The notes beneath the pieces are model-generated. The model did not search any database. It saw only the letters and a program-made list of their open reading frames with translations, and had not been told where the DNA came from. Below, one piece after another: positions 37,381 through 51,462 of a stretch of 64,000 nucleotides of DNA (position 1 is the first letter of the stretch; the number at the start of each line of letters is the position of its first letter). A program made the position numbers and the translations under genes. Source of the stretch: Lama guanicoe (lineage: Eukaryota); NCBI GenBank assembly GCA_013239625.1, contig MU054187.1, forward strand, positions 19,274,711 through 19,338,710, read 5' to 3'.

Positions 37381-39024
37381 CTACAACCAAAGAGAAAAAA
37401 AGTTAGGGAACAACAACAAAAAAAGACAGATCGATAGAGACCATGAAAGATATCTGTCCAGTTCACTGTAAAAATGCTAGCAAATTTATGGCAAGTATAA
37501 GCTTTATATTCCTTCCTGAACAAAACAAACTACGAAGTCGAGGGAAAACTACTAATAGTCGCGGATAAGTAAAACAATGTCTCTAAAATCACAGTCGATA
37601 CACATACACATCAAATACACATCAATTGACTTGCTCTTTCCATAGTTTTCCTAGTTTTATGACAAATAAGTCTATGTTCCTGTACTAATGTTAAAATTCA
37701 AATAACTGTTGTCTGAATTTGAGATAAAACAAGGGATTTATTTGAAGAGGCCACTTGTGCTTTGAGGGAAGGTAAGCTGTGATTCAGTTGTGGAAAATGT
37801 CTTATCAAAAGCAGAATCTTTGGTGCAGCATGAACAGTGTGGCCCAAGTGACACACAGACCTCATCCCGAGTCGTCCCTGCATCCCGCCCACTGTGGAAA
37901 TGGGGAAGATGCAGGAATGGAGGGGACTACAGGGATGTCTTCCTTTGATTGCCCATCTGTGGCTCCGCTCTACTTCTGGTACCCAGCCCTTCCTCCATCC
38001 CCCTTTCCTCTCCAGATCACTTTACACACTATAACAAACATCTCCTGTATTGAACCTCTATTTTACATAAGACACCGTGACAAGTGCAGTGTGAGAGGCA
38101 GGAGGGGAGAAGGATGAAATGCATGAATGAGTGAGTCTCCAAGGAGAATACTCCAGCTGTTGCCTAAGATTCAGAACCACTCAGTTATTTAACAGACTGA
38201 GCCATGATCCTTGATTTGCAAAATCAAAAACTGAGTAGAACTCAAGGCTTCTATATTTGCATCTAGTGATGTTCTTTTGTCGGGGTCCACATGTGATCTC
38301 TTAGACTGAGTGTTGCCTTCTTCTACAGCAGAATCAGCAGATTATTTATATTATCTTAGGTACATCTATCGTTTCCCTGACAGCTACCAAATGAAAAATG
38401 GCTGCCTTTTGTTTGCTGCTGCGTTCAGCTACATTATTCTTTTCTTTCTCTTAATAAGTCTAAAAAGATTAGAACAAGACACACAATCATGGGCTGCCTT
38501 CCTCCAGCCTGACTCCAGGTCTTTCCACTGTCAATCATGCAAACTAAGAGGGCAGGGCTTCACTGGGTGAAGGGCTTGACACACAAGAGCCTTTCCCCAG
38601 CCATCTTTCAATCTTTCATTAGATTTCAGATCAATCCTCCTGCTGAACTTCTGCCATCCAGCTCTATTTAGACGTGGATTCCAACTGCAAATCTCTCCAC
38701 TTCCCCATGTTGTTACAGTCAATCCCAGAGAACGCTCTTGAATTCATTAGAAACCTGAGCAAGATTTATTATCTAAATCAAACTGCTACAGGAAAAAAAA
38801 AACCAAAATGAAAAGAACAAACAGTTTTCTTAAAATGCCAAATCTTATTAATATGTATTAGAAATCACACGTTTGCGTATGCTTTCTCTATTACCAGGCA
38901 TGAATAAAGAGTCTGATTTAAAAACTGAACACGTGATTTGATAGCTAATTTCATAATATAAAAGTGGTACATAATTTTGCATTTTCAGAACATGCATTTC
39001 ACAAGTTAAAAACATTCCAAAGAA

Positions 39025-40341
39025 ACAAGGTAATCAAGACAGTGTGGTCCTGGCATAGGACAGACATAGAGATCAAGGGAACAGAATTCAGCATCCAGAA
39101 ATAAACCCATATATCTAGGGTCAACTGATTTCTGATAAAGGTGCCAAGACTGTTCAATGGGGAAAGAATAGATTTTTTTTCAACAAAGGCAACTAGACAG
39201 TTAGATGCCAAAGAATGAAGTTGGATCTTCAACCCAGACCATATAGAAAGTCAACTCAAAATGGATCAAATATGTAAATACCTTAAGAGGTAAAATTACA
39301 AAACTCTTAGAAGAAGACATAAGGGTAAATCTTCCTGAGGTCAGATTTGGCACCGGAGTATACCAAAGCACAGTACCAAAGCACAAGCAACAAAAGAAAA
39401 AATAGATAAGTTAAACCTCATCAAAACTAAAGACATTTCAATGCTCTAAAAGATACTATCAAGAAAGTGAAAAGAGTGAAAAAATGTATGTGCAAATCAT
39501 ATCCGATAAAGGATTTTTATCTAGCATGTATAAAGAAACCTCACAACTCGATGATAAAAAGACAAATAACCCAACCAAAAACAGGCAAAGGGTCTAAATA
39601 GACACTTCTCCAAATAAATATGCAAGGGCCAATAAGCACATGAAAAATGCCTCATATCATTAGTCACCAAGGAAACACAAATCAAAACCACGAGATACCA
39701 CTTCATTCCCACTAGGATGGCTATTATCAAAAAGTCTAAGACAGTAACAAGTGTTGACAAGGATGTGGAGAAATCAGAACCCTCGCACCTGGCTGACAGA
39801 AATGTAAAATGGTACAGCCACTTTGAAGACAGCCTGGTTGTTTCTCAAAAAGTGAACAACAGTTATCACTTGACCTAGTAATTCAACACCTAGGTAGATA
39901 TCAAGAAAAATGAAAGCGTACGTCCACGCAAAATCCTGTACAGGGATGTTTACAGCAGCATTTATTCACAACAGCTCCAGAGTGGAAAGAATACAATGTC
40001 CATGAAATGAAAGGAAGCACTGGTACAACTTACAACATGGACGAACCCTGAAAACATGCTAAGTGGAAGAAGCCAGTGACAAAAACTCCCACATACTATC
40101 TTATCGCATTTAAATGAAATATCCAAAATGGGCACATAGACAGGTTGCCTAGGGCTGGGGAATAATCACCCTGGGTATGCTATCTGAGAGTTCTGTGGTT
40201 CCTTTTTGAGGTCATGACAATATTCTAAAATTGATTGTGGTGACAGCTGCACAATTCTGTGAATCTACCAAAAACTATTAAATTGTACACTTTAAATGGG
40301 TGAACTGCATGGCATGCGAATTACATGTCAACAAAGGTGTT
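39025..40341 (+). mobile_element. Old L1M (L1MB-like) ORF2 3' end plus 3'UTR, degenerate
   Basis: atcaagacagtgtgg...aaggtgccaagac...aaaactcttagaagaa...gagataccacttcattcccactaggatggct...ttgtacactttaaatgggtgaa; no open frame. Confidence 0.9.
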
Positions 40342-41040
40342 ACCAAAACAACATTCCAAGGAATGTGGACATTATAATGTTGGTGATTATCCAGATCAAT
40401 CTGAAAGAAATATGGCGCCGCGAACCCAAGCGTGATTTTAGCTGGGATCGCTGGAGTTGTTGCCCTGAAGCAGGATCGCCTGGCTCCACTGCAAACCATC
40501 TGAGCCCGACTGAGACAATGAGGGTATAATTCTGCACGGACCAAATGATCCTTCAGGTCCTCACGATTATCTCCAGTGTGGACAGCAGTTAATTACTGCA
40601 AATGATTACTGTCCAATCAAATGGAAATTCTATGGTGTCAATGTTGATTTTCTTTTCCACTGAATGGAATTTCAGGACTTCGGGAAGCCAGGTGTCTACT
40701 TCAAAATGACTGCCCCCACTGCATACACTAAGTCAGTGGAATGCCAGGCTCAGAACTGCTTCTTCTAAGCGTATTTCATTGACAGACAGTTCTCAGGAGG
40801 ATTGATACCAGGTTCTAAACATGGATGATGTCATTCCTGAGAAGCTCCAACAAGTGAACTCTGGTCATTCATGATGCATTCTGCCAACTATCCTGAAGGC
40901 TTGTTCTGGCTAGAGCATGTCAGAGGAGCTGAAATAGGGATGGGATGTGCACCTGACAGATGGCCTGGTCCAAGCCCCAGCTGTCACTGCTACGGGGAAG
41001 TCTAAGGAGAGGAATATTTCTTCAAAATTATGCCCTTACA

Positions 41041-41297
41041 GGGCGGGGAGGGAAAAATGAGGGGTTGGGGATTAACAGACACACATTACTATATATGAAA
41101 TAGATAAACAGCAAGGACCTACTGTATAGTACAGGGAACTCTATTCAATTACTTGTAATAACATGTAATGGAAAAGAATCTGAAAAGCAAATATATATAT
41201 ATCCATGTGTATATATAATTGAATCACTTTGATGTACACCAGAAACTAACATTGTAAATCAACTACACTTCAATAAAAAGTTTTTTTTTTTTTAAAA
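41041..41297 (+). mobile_element. L1 3' end with TSD
   Basis: gggattaacagacacac...caactacacttcaataaaaa; flanks aaaattatgcccttaca / aaaactacacccttata. Confidence 0.9.
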
Positions 41298-41498
41298 AAA
41301 ACTACACCCTTATAGTCCCTTCTGGGGAAGTAGTGATGATGTCAACAGCAAACCTCCCTGTATCTGGGTGGATAAATACAAGGATCTGGTAACACAGACC
41401 TGAGCGACTTTACCCCAAACCCATGTTTGAGAGGCAAGACATCTACTCAGTGTGAGACTAGAATCGTGACGCTCAATGAACAATTCTCAGATTTGTTT

Positions 41499-41690
41499 CT
41501 ACTGTACAGCACAGGGAGCTATATTCAACACCATATAGCAACCTATAATAAAGAAGAATATGAAAAGGAATATATGTATGTATATGTATGACTGAAAGAT
41601 TATGCTGTACCCCAGAAACTGACACAACAATGCAAATGGACTACAATTCAATAAAAAAGTCCTAAAGGAAAATAAAAGAAAAATTAAAAG
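41499..41690 (+). mobile_element. Short L1 3'-end fragment
   Basis: ctactgtacagcacagggagctatattcaa...ttcaataaaaaa. Confidence 0.85.
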
Positions 41691-42288
41691 TGAGGTATAA
41701 AGCAACCTCCCTTGATACCTGACCCCTTCCTACAATGCCCGTAACACTCAGTTTCTAAGTGCAATGTCAAAAGAACTCAGGGAACCACAGCAGTAAAAAG
41801 CACTGTGCACAGAATCACAGTGCCTAGGATACAAGAATCACTCAATGTTTATTCATGGATCGAGTGAATTAATTTTAAAAACCCAGAGCAGACTTGAGGA
41901 TGTTGCTGTCACACAGCTGCTCTCACTTGCAGTCCCTGAAGGCAGAGAAAGGCGCAGGCTTGCAGGTTGCTCACAATCGGTGTGCCATCACGGCGATACA
42001 TCACAAGTGCAATGCCATCCTTCATCCACGCTGCGATGGAAATAAACCAGCAAACAAAGCTTAGACCTGCTAATCCAGTCTATGCTGGACTTTCTTCCAT
42101 AAAATGAAAGGCTTCCAGAAGGAATCCCTTTTTATCTCTGGGAACATTGTTAGGTTTGAGCTAAGGGTAAGGAAGGTTTAGTGCCTGCAACCTAGTTTGA
42201 GTCCTGGTTCTAATGCAGAGTAAGTCCAATACTTTCCCTAGATGGGAACCTTTCAAATACTCGGAGACGCATATTTAAAGAGGTTGCA

Positions 42289-42445
42289 GGGAGAGGGTAT
42301 AGCTCAGTGGCAGAGTACCGTTTGGCATGCCTGAGATCCTGGGTTCAATCCCCAGTACCTCCATTAAAAAAATAAGTAAATAAACCTAATTACTCCCTAC
42401 CGCCAACCCAACAAAACCAACAAAAAACAAACAAACAAAAACAAA
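42289..42445 (+). mobile_element. Vic-1-type SINE (long form)
   Basis: GGGTATAGCTCAGTGGCAGAG...GGGTTCAATCCCCAGTACCTCCATT, ACCTAATTACTCCC segment, (CAAA)n tail. Confidence 0.88.
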
Positions 42446-43369
42446 GCAGCCCCTCTTCCTGTGCCCGGCTGCACCCTCTTCTCCATTTCAAAGAGGACAG
42501 CTTTGAGTACCACCTACCATAACTGAAAAGAAGATAACAGGTGGAAGGAGAAAGGAGCTGGGTCCTGGCCAGGCCTGCTCACAAGAGCAGAGCAGGCTGA
42601 CAGCCCCATCCAGCCTCAAAGCCCAACCTAGGAACCAAACACAACAACCAACGGACAAGGTAACCTCAATCCGATTTAGGGAACAGCCCTTATCTGGGTT
42701 TTGGTGATGGTGGTGGTAGGGAGATTCTCAGGGCCCAGCTGTCACAGGAAGGGCACACCTATCAGCAGGGCGCAGACAAGCTGGTGAAGCCAGGACGGCG
42801 GTCTGCCACCATCCTGGAGGTCCAGTCACAGCTGCAGAATCCAGCCACGGGGCAGCGAGTCCAGGTAAGAGCCGCAATTGTTGAGAGGACCAAGACAGAC
42901 CATGGTTCCCAAAGTAGACACTGAACTGTGGACACTTGGATACACAGGGGAGAAAGAGCTGAAATTTGCAAGGTCAAGGAAACTGGCAGTCATTCCTGGG
43001 ACACCAGCGTACCTGGATGGCAAGAAAGGCCACCTGCAAGGCAGAAGTGGCCGTCCCTGTGGTCAGCACTGAGATAATGCCATCATCAGCACGGCAGATC
43101 AAAATTCAACAAACAAGTTCAGCCAGCTTTGAGCAAGACTACTGGGGGCGAGGCACAGAGGGAACATGATTAGTGGTTCCACTGCCCCGTGGGTAGGTTT
43201 AAACATCTTAAGTATTAAGACTTGCTTTAGTGAGAACAGATTCTGATTTGGGGATGGCAGAGGGTGCACACAAGAGGGGCGAGTGGGGAGGAAACAGGGA
43301 AGGCAGGAGGGGACAGGCTGGGGGCTGACACTGTCATTTGCTGGTGTTTGCTTCTAAATGGGTAAGCTC

Positions 43370-43790
43370 GAAGACAGTTCTCCAGATGAAGCAACACTTC
43401 CTCAGTGAAGAGGAGCACAGGGCTCTTCTTTGTGTTAGTCCAGATGCTGTACTTATATTTAGAAAGCCCTAAGATCACGGAAGCTTTTTCCACTGGCTAC
43501 ACTGTACTCTTGGCACATATGAATCCTATACTTGACTAACACAAAATCTAAGTTTCTTTCATATATGCTGCTGCTAAGCCACATCTCTATTGCCTTTCTG
43601 CAATTTAATTGGCAGCGGCGGTGGTGGCAGTGGTGGTGGTGAGGTCCCCGTCATCCCTGTGCCATTTCTGCCTCTTAGATTCGGGTCTTTGCATTAAATG
43701 TCAAGACATTTTTGAATTTCGTTTCTCTCATTTGTTATTACACGAGCCATCTCTCCCAGCTTTGGGCCATGCATTTATAGTGTTTTACCC
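43370..43790 (-). mobile_element. L3/CR1 LINE fragment
   Basis: gctgctgctaagccacatctct...cctcttagattc...tgtcaagacatttttgaat...tctcccagctttgggccat resembles antisense L3 ORF2. Confidence 0.6.
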
Positions 43791-46244
43791 AAGCGAGTCC
43801 TCTTGTTGACCAGAATGGAATTAGGTTCAAATACCAGAAAACTTTTTTCCAGGAAGAGAGCAATTTATTAATCAGTTTCCTCTGAATATACTTACCAAAC
43901 CAGCTATTAATCAAGTTCATTATACACATCCCCTATTTGTCCAAATGTTAAATGTTAGCAATTTGATACCCTTTTGGTTAAGAAAAAATCAAATACATCT
44001 CAAAACAAGTGTATGCTATTTGTTATTAATCCTTCTGAATCCTATAATGGGTTTAATAAATTGTCCGTAGGACAGAGGTCAATCTCAGAGCAAAGACATA
44101 TCCTTCAATTAAAATTTCAATATTCAGCCCTTACCAGTCATCATTCAAGAAAGCGATACTCCATATGCTCAAGTACAGCAGGTAAAGGAGTAGCTAAGGA
44201 CAGTATACGTGGCCTATGATACATGGCACAATATTGGAAAAACATAACTTATGAGGCCTCCCCCTCCCACGTTATTTCCCTCGTGCTGCGCTTCTCCCCT
44301 GGCTAAGCTCCCTCGTGTTTTCTGGCCACTTTTTCTTGCTGGCTCTCCCAGCTGTGCCTCTCATCTCTTCCCCCTCCCAGCTGCGTCAGCTCACACGTTC
44401 AGCCTTCCTGGTATTTACTGTGTTAACAGTTCTAGTTGTCATGCCATCTGATGTCTCCTGCTTCATTTTTCACACAGTCTAACAGCTGAAGTCCCTGATG
44501 TATGCACAATAAGAAAAGAGTCCATTAAGAAAAGAGTGTTTTTCTGGTTTTTTTTTTCCTTACTGACAACAGAAAAATGGAAGAGGCAAGAAAGATTAGT
44601 TCATAGAGGTGCCAAGGAGAGGCCAGTAAGATGAAGGCAAAAAAAAAAAAAATCAAGATTTTTTAAGCATGAAAAAAGATTATGATGCTGGGAAAATAAT
44701 TCCTTCGGAAAATCCCCTTCAATGATGTGGTTTAATGAAAATAATCCCCTTTCTAAGAAGCACATATTTTTCTTAAATTCTAGGGATGATAAAAATCCTC
44801 AAACACATCCTTATGCTATCTGTAATATACAGAACTCAGGTAAATGCAGATACAGTTATAACACATATGCTGAGTTATTAACAAATGACATCTTATTAGC
44901 AAAGCCTTCTTTCTGTTGATGTGTTACCTGGAAAGAGGCTTAAAATGACACCATTTACTATAAGCCTTATCTGTAAGCCTGTATTCCAGGCGAGCAAGTC
45001 TTTGACGTGAATTCCTTGCAGTTTCAATATTAACAGAGAAAAAAATCAAAATGATCAGTGTTCAACAGGAAAAAAAAATCCTTTCCTGTTGGCAAAAAAC
45101 CCCTGAATAGTTTACAGTATGCAAATTTAACGTACTTAAGGAAAATTGCATGCTTTTCAGATACCCGAACAAAAAGCAAGGAAGCATAAACACTGACAAA
45201 AAGATTAGTTTGGGAACTTAAATGCTGCTTCAGTGAACAGATAATAAACTGACCCCTCTAATTCCTCGTTGATGAATCGGAAGTCAGAGAAATATTTAAA
45301 AACACCCTTCTTTGGACAATGTAAATAAACGGAATAACACCCAGGGCAAGCAAAGACATCACTCATTTATTCATCTCCTTATTCACCTTTTAATGTTATT
45401 GCCTTGCTAACAAAACAAAACAAAAGTAACTATTACGCCGTTCCCTTCCACTCTGCATATCTGGGAGGCTGTCTACTGAACTGGAATTTAGCTGCCATCT
45501 TTTGAGCCTATAGCTTTGGCTTGGCTTTGCCTAACGATGGTTACTTAACTAGGAAGTCACTTGGCCCATTGCCTTGCCTATCACTGAACCTCTTATCAGC
45601 CTTCAGACATTTCCTGATGAGGAATAACTGCTGCTTTATCCAGTCGTGGGACCACCCAAAGGGTGGTGGAGCTGGAGGGTTGCTGGTGACCGAGCTTTTC
45701 CAGGAAAAGCTGTGCACGTGGGTGTGGATGTGTGTGGCGGTGGATGGGAGAGTTGCGGGTTGAGGGGCGGGAGGCAAGGCGGACGTCCCCATGCACAGGA
45801 AGCTAAAGAAGGAAACTTGAAGTTTGCTCACAGATACTTCTGAGATCCAAACTTCCATAGAAATCTACTTACCGTTGGGAATCCCAGCCACAGAGTAATT
45901 CAGGACAGAAACGGCCCTTCCCTCCCCTCTATGCTTAAGGTTCTGAAGAACCGGCTGTGTTGACCTGAGGCAATGGCTCTGCTGGTGGGGACGCATTTCA
46001 GCTCTGGATGGCTTTCCACATTACTATGCTGCTGTCCATAAAGTCTCTGAGCTTCAGAGGGGTGTGTAGGGGTGTGGTGGGCAGGCTGGCATTTACAGAT
46101 GGACCCTTATAGGACAAAGTAACCTTATAGAGGCCCCTTCTCTCCATATATGTGTATGTACAGGTTACCTATGTATATCCACCTCTCTCTCTCCATATAT
46201 ATGTATATATATAGAGACTGTATATTTATATGTATGTAGTGAAA

Positions 46245-46284
46245 GACACACACACACACACACACACACGAAACACACACACAC
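46245..46284 (+). repeat. Interrupted (CA)n microsatellite after a TA-rich low-complexity stretch
   Basis: (ac)n-gaa-(ac)n seen directly; TA/CT-rich tract from about 46140. Confidence 0.95.
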
Positions 46285-46789
46285 AGGCATCTGACCACTT
46301 TGATCTTAGACTCTCACCACCACCGCAGATGTCACTCCAGAATCGTGCCATGAATGTAGTACCTAGGTGGCCATTCTCTTATAACCTGAGGCTACTTTCA
46401 GGAGATGCTATCATATGTATGGCAGTTCCACCATCTCTTTGATGAGAAAAAAAACTACTGGATGACCTAAGATGAACTCTGGAAGAATCCTGAGGCACTC
46501 GGTGAGATGTAATGCTCAGTTTCCCAGAGCAAGTCAAGAAGATTCATTTGAATGGGGACAAAGCAGGAACTAGCGCAGGCTTAAACATGGGAGCAGGAAC
46601 CTTGCAATCGTCAATGCTCAGTAAATGTCGGCTCTGTCACGATCTGTAAGGCATGGTGTGTCCAGCAGAACTGAAGGTGCCACGATAGACTCCAGGCTAC
46701 TGAGCTGCATCTCTGCAGGGAGGCTACACTTAGGATACGATACTCTTGGTGGGGGGTGTACACTTGTCTGTGTGTGACCCTTCTGAGCC

Positions 46790-47196
46790 CGTCATAGGTT
46801 GAACTGTGTCCTACCCAAACTCATATGTTGAAATCCGAATCCCCAGTACCCCAGAATGTGACCTTATTAGGAAATGGGGCCATCACAGATATAATTAATT
46901 GAGATGAAGTCCTACTAGAGTCGGGTGCGCCCCTGACATAATGTGATGGGGTCCTTATAAAAAGGGGAAATTTGGGAGACGCACACAGGAACAATACCCT
47001 GGGAAGACCGGAGTTATGCTGCCAGAAGCCAAGGATGTCCCAGCAGCTAGAAGAGAAGCCTGCAAAAGGTCTTGTCCTTGCAGAAGGGGAATGGCCCTGT
47101 TGACATCTTGATCTTGGACTTCCAGCCTGTGAGACAAGACATTTCCGATGTTTCAGCTGTGGTCCTTTGTTACGGCAATCCTGGGAAACTAACACA
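46790..47196 (+). mobile_element. MLT1 (B/C-like) solo LTR with perfect 5-bp TSD
   Basis: ggttgaactgtgtcc...cagaatgtgaccttatt...gacttccagcctgtgaga...gaaactaacACA; GAGCC at 46785-46789 and 47197-47201. Confidence 0.9.
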
Positions 47197-47704
47197 GAGC
47201 CAATACATGGGAAAACGGTCAAGTTTCCTAAGACGGGAGTCCTGACTTGAACAGAGAAGAGTCGATGACTTTACATACCTCGTATCAAGAAGGTGTACAC
47301 ATCAACCAGCTGCTAGACTGGAGTTATTTCTTAATTACATACATTTAGTGAACAGTGGAATCACAAGCAGGCTCACCTAATTCATGACACAACTTCAAAG
47401 AAAGAATTTGCATTTTTAAACACTATTGTTGGTAATAAACTGAGGGACAAATTACCAAGACATTATGAAGCAGAATTAAAGAGAAAGCATTCAGTAGTGA
47501 GGAAAGTTTTGAGAGGATTCCATCAGAATTTAACTGATCAAAATTCCAAGGGATTATTTTTTTTGCTTTATTGGGACATATACTTAGACTGATGTCATAG
47601 CTCACTTAATTTATTTTCTTTGACTCCTCCTCTCGGTTAATTGATGCTTTTCCTTGTCTTTGAAAAGTCACTCAAAGTACATGCTTAAAAGTTTGTCCCA
47701 CTCA

Positions 47705-47970
47705 AAGATATAAAACAAACTTACAGATACCAGGGGTAAAAGGGGTGGGAAGGGATAAATTGGGAGTTTGAAATTTGCAGACACACACTACTATATTAAA
47801 ATAGATAAACAACAAGGAGCTACTGTACAGCACAGGGAACTATATTCAATATCTTGTAGTAATTTATAATGAAAAAGAATATGAGAACAAATATATGTAT
47901 GCATGTGTACTATACTATACACCAGAAATTGACACACTGTAAACTGACCATACTTCAATTAAAAAAAAAA
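47705..47970 (+). mobile_element. L1 3' end with TSD
   Basis: ggaagggataaattgggagtttg...cttcaattaaaaaa; flanks aaaagtttgtccca / aaaagtctgcccta. Confidence 0.9.
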
Positions 47971-50959
47971 AGTCTGCCCTATTTTATTGTTTGGCACTTG
48001 TGCATATTTCAGAGTTGGGTTAATGTAATTTTAGAGTTCAAAGCAAACTCCACAATACTGCAGTTCAATGAATTTTAGCAATAAGGAAGCCGAGGCCCAG
48101 CTGTGATCACAGCTCTTTAGGGCAGAGGCTGGGATGTAACCCAGGCCGCTTCTCATTAACCCCCGCTCTGTGGCGCTGGCTTTGCCATGTTTCACGTATG
48201 CCACCTACGTGTGTGTCCCTCATTAGATCATGCCTTCAGGGTGGGTGTCTTTTACTTTTTAAAAAAATCTTATCCAAAGATTCTCCTGTAGGGCCATATC
48301 CAGAGCAAGCATACCAAAATGGCTATTTAATTATGGATTCTTTAAGATATGGCTGAGGTTCTGTGAGAAGATACTAGCAACTGATCACATGTGACTGCTT
48401 TCCAGCACACTGTTTTTTTTTTTCTTAAGCCTCTTCAATTTATTTAATATCTGGAATATGCTTCCTTTAACCTGACAGTAGAACTAACTGGCATTATACA
48501 TTACCCAGGTTTCATTTTCTTAGTTTTGATTTCCAGGCTAATGGCATCCTACGTGAGACATGAGATGTAGGCTCTACTCCTGCGGTTCTTTGTCAAAGAA
48601 GCCCATCTAAGTGGTCGAATAAGGTGGGAAGGGGACAGAAAGGAAGGAAATAAGAGAAAAGGAGAAAGGAAAACCAGGCTTTAAAGATTTTGAACCCCTT
48701 TGGACAAAGACACCATTTCTATTACCGTTGGTAAACACCACCACACAACCAATGCTCCAGGAGGTAACCTGGCTGCATCTTCACATACAAAACAGGAAAC
48801 CGCTAAAAGCGGTTTCCATCTCAATCTGCCCAAATGGAGGGATCTCGTGTCACCCACAAGCCAAGAAAGAAGAAACAAAAATATCCCCCGAATCTAATGG
48901 TGAGAGAGAAATGAGAAATACAGTAGCTGCCTCCTCACTGCAGAATTACGTTTTTTTGTGTGTCTGCCATCAACAGGTGTTGCCATGGTAACTGTCCTGT
49001 AGTTAAGAAGTAGTAGAGGAAAGAAAATCTCTACAAGACCAGCATAATGGGAAAAATAAGAAAGGTGTGCTGCAGTGAAACTAACCTCAGACCTCACTGA
49101 AGGAGCAGCCAGAGCCTTGCTCTCCCACCCCACCTGCTCATCGCCAGCCCGATGCTGCTGGAAAGGGCTGATGAGGGGGGACAGGGGCTCAGTCCAGGAA
49201 CATGGTCCCTGGGGAAGCCGGGGAACTCTCAGTGTGGAGCTGCTCAAGTCCTCAATTTATCTTAGGTGCTAATTTACATCCCCAATCCCATGGGCACATT
49301 TTAGCTTTCTGATGGCTCTGGGAGGGGGGAAGGTTTCAGCTTTGTAATGTTGTGTCTGGGAACTTCTAGAAAGGAAACATACATCAGTGAATGGCTTCCT
49401 TGTTCTGCCACTTCTCACAGGTAGCGTATTTAGTGACACTTTCTTTGCTTTCTTCCTTCAGATGGAGAAGCTAGGGTTTGCATGTGATGAATTAGTGAAA
49501 TACTTAATAGCTATTTCTTCCTGTGAACAACTATAGCCAATATTTGCAGCCCTGGCCCCAGGAAACACCTCAGAGCCTGGCCAGGGTTAGAATCCCATTT
49601 CTATGGTTCTTCCTCCATCACAGTCACTGACAGTCTCCCATATACTTAACATCCTAATAATACATTAGCATCACAAATGATGAAATTGTAATTATTTCTG
49701 AAATTAAATTCTGCACTTTGATTGTGTAAGCTATTGTGGGTAAGCACCACCCCCTTCAAAGAACACAGTCTCTCCCCTTACCAAGCCTTTTGTTGTTGTT
49801 CAATGACCACTGCATTTTATAAATAAATAACATGGATAAATACAGTTTACTAACTTCTTTGACTCTTTAAAGGCTAATGTCTGAAAGGTTTAGCCTGAGA
49901 CACAAATCAGTGTGGTACCAAAGCAACTCTACCAAGGCCAAGGATGCACTAGAGTGTATAGAAAATAAGAAAGCTGAGTTGTCAGCAGGGGTGGCTCTGG
50001 GGCCTGACTCTACCTCCCTTGTCCATCTCTGGGACTCAGTGCCCTATTCCCTAAAGAGACAGAAGCTCCATATCCTTCATGGGGTTGAAATGAGGCTCAA
50101 ATGAACTAATGATTTGTTCATACACAGTCAAACACCAGGCAAATGAAAGCTGATGTTGGAAACAACATTATCATTTGTTTTTCAAGCTCTCTCTGATGTC
50201 AGTATTACCTAATTCACAATTTTGATGACAAGCAGGCCACGGAATTTTCACATGACTTTTCTGGTAGAAAAACCTCTTCCCTCATTATCAGTTGAAGGCG
50301 CTTATCTGATCTGGAGTCACTGTCTTCTCTTAGTTCTTGTTCTTTAAACTTTTAGTTCTCAGGCTGGCAGATGTGTATCACAGGGTGCATGTGTGCATGT
50401 GTACATATAAAAGAGGAAGGGGGTAAGGGAGGGGAGGGGGAAAGGAAGAGAAACTGAGAGGACTAACGAGTTAACTAAGGGGGAAGAGCTTTCCTTTGGT
50501 TGCACAGATACGAAACCATCCCTCGTAGTGTTGGCTGTTTTATTTGCAATCTGTAGATCACTATGGACAAGTTCTTGGTGGCCTTACACACTCTTCAGCA
50601 GAAGCAATTCTGGGGATGACATTAATTTCTGCCACTGACTCCCTGTCATGGTGCACTGCCTCTCCATTCTCAGGCAAAGGGCTTTGCCAATGGTCGTTAA
50701 AGATGCATTCTCAAACTAGAATCCCTGGATCTCTTTCACAGTAAGATACATACCTTTCGTCTTTTTTTCGTGTGCTTGTTTTATCAAAAACAGCTCCCTC
50801 TTTAAAAATGCTGCTCTTTTACGTCTGAGTGTTTTGAATGCACAGCCCCCATTTCACCCCTCCCATTCTGTCTCCCGCTTTCCCCTTTCCTTGCTGTTCC
50901 TCACATTCAGCTGTTGGCCAAGTCCCATGGATTCCACCTCCTTACATTTTCGTTGTAGT

Positions 50960-51462
50960 AAGTTTCCAGTTTATTACAATACATGCTTATTGAAAAGGCT
51001 CACGGAATAAAGAAAGATACATTATAAAATGAAAGTTCCTTTTCACCTTACTGTCCCAATGCCATTTCCTCCCGTATAGATTAGCACTGTTAGAGTTGAG
51101 TTCAAATGCTTAAAAAAGGTCTGGAGAGGTATTTTTTTCTTGTTTTTGTTACACACATGGTACTCTACACAGGGCACTGTTCCACTGTTTTCCTTGTGTT
51201 CGTTAGAGAACTTTCCATGTTAGTAAATATCAAGTTATCTCATTCCTTTTAATTACAGAGCATTCAGTGGTACAGAAATATACTGTATTCAGACATTTCT
51301 ACGCCAATGGGTACTTAGGTTGTTTTTGGCTTTCCTCAATTAGGAACACTGTTACCAAGATTACTCTTGCATATTTATCTCAGCACATGAATGAGCATAT
51401 TGATGGGACAGATTCCCAGACATGGAATTGATGGGTCACAGAGCATGTGCATGATTCATTTC
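50960..51462 (-). mobile_element. L1ME-like fragment
   Basis: ttccatgttagtaaatat...tgggtacttaggttgttt...gattcccagacatggaattgatgggtcacagagcatgtgcat. Confidence 0.7.

Noticed and set aside
40413..40430. Retroviral primer-binding-site-like TGGCGCCGCGAAC
   Set aside because: Imperfect match, no adjacent LTR end and no gag/pol-like sequence downstream.
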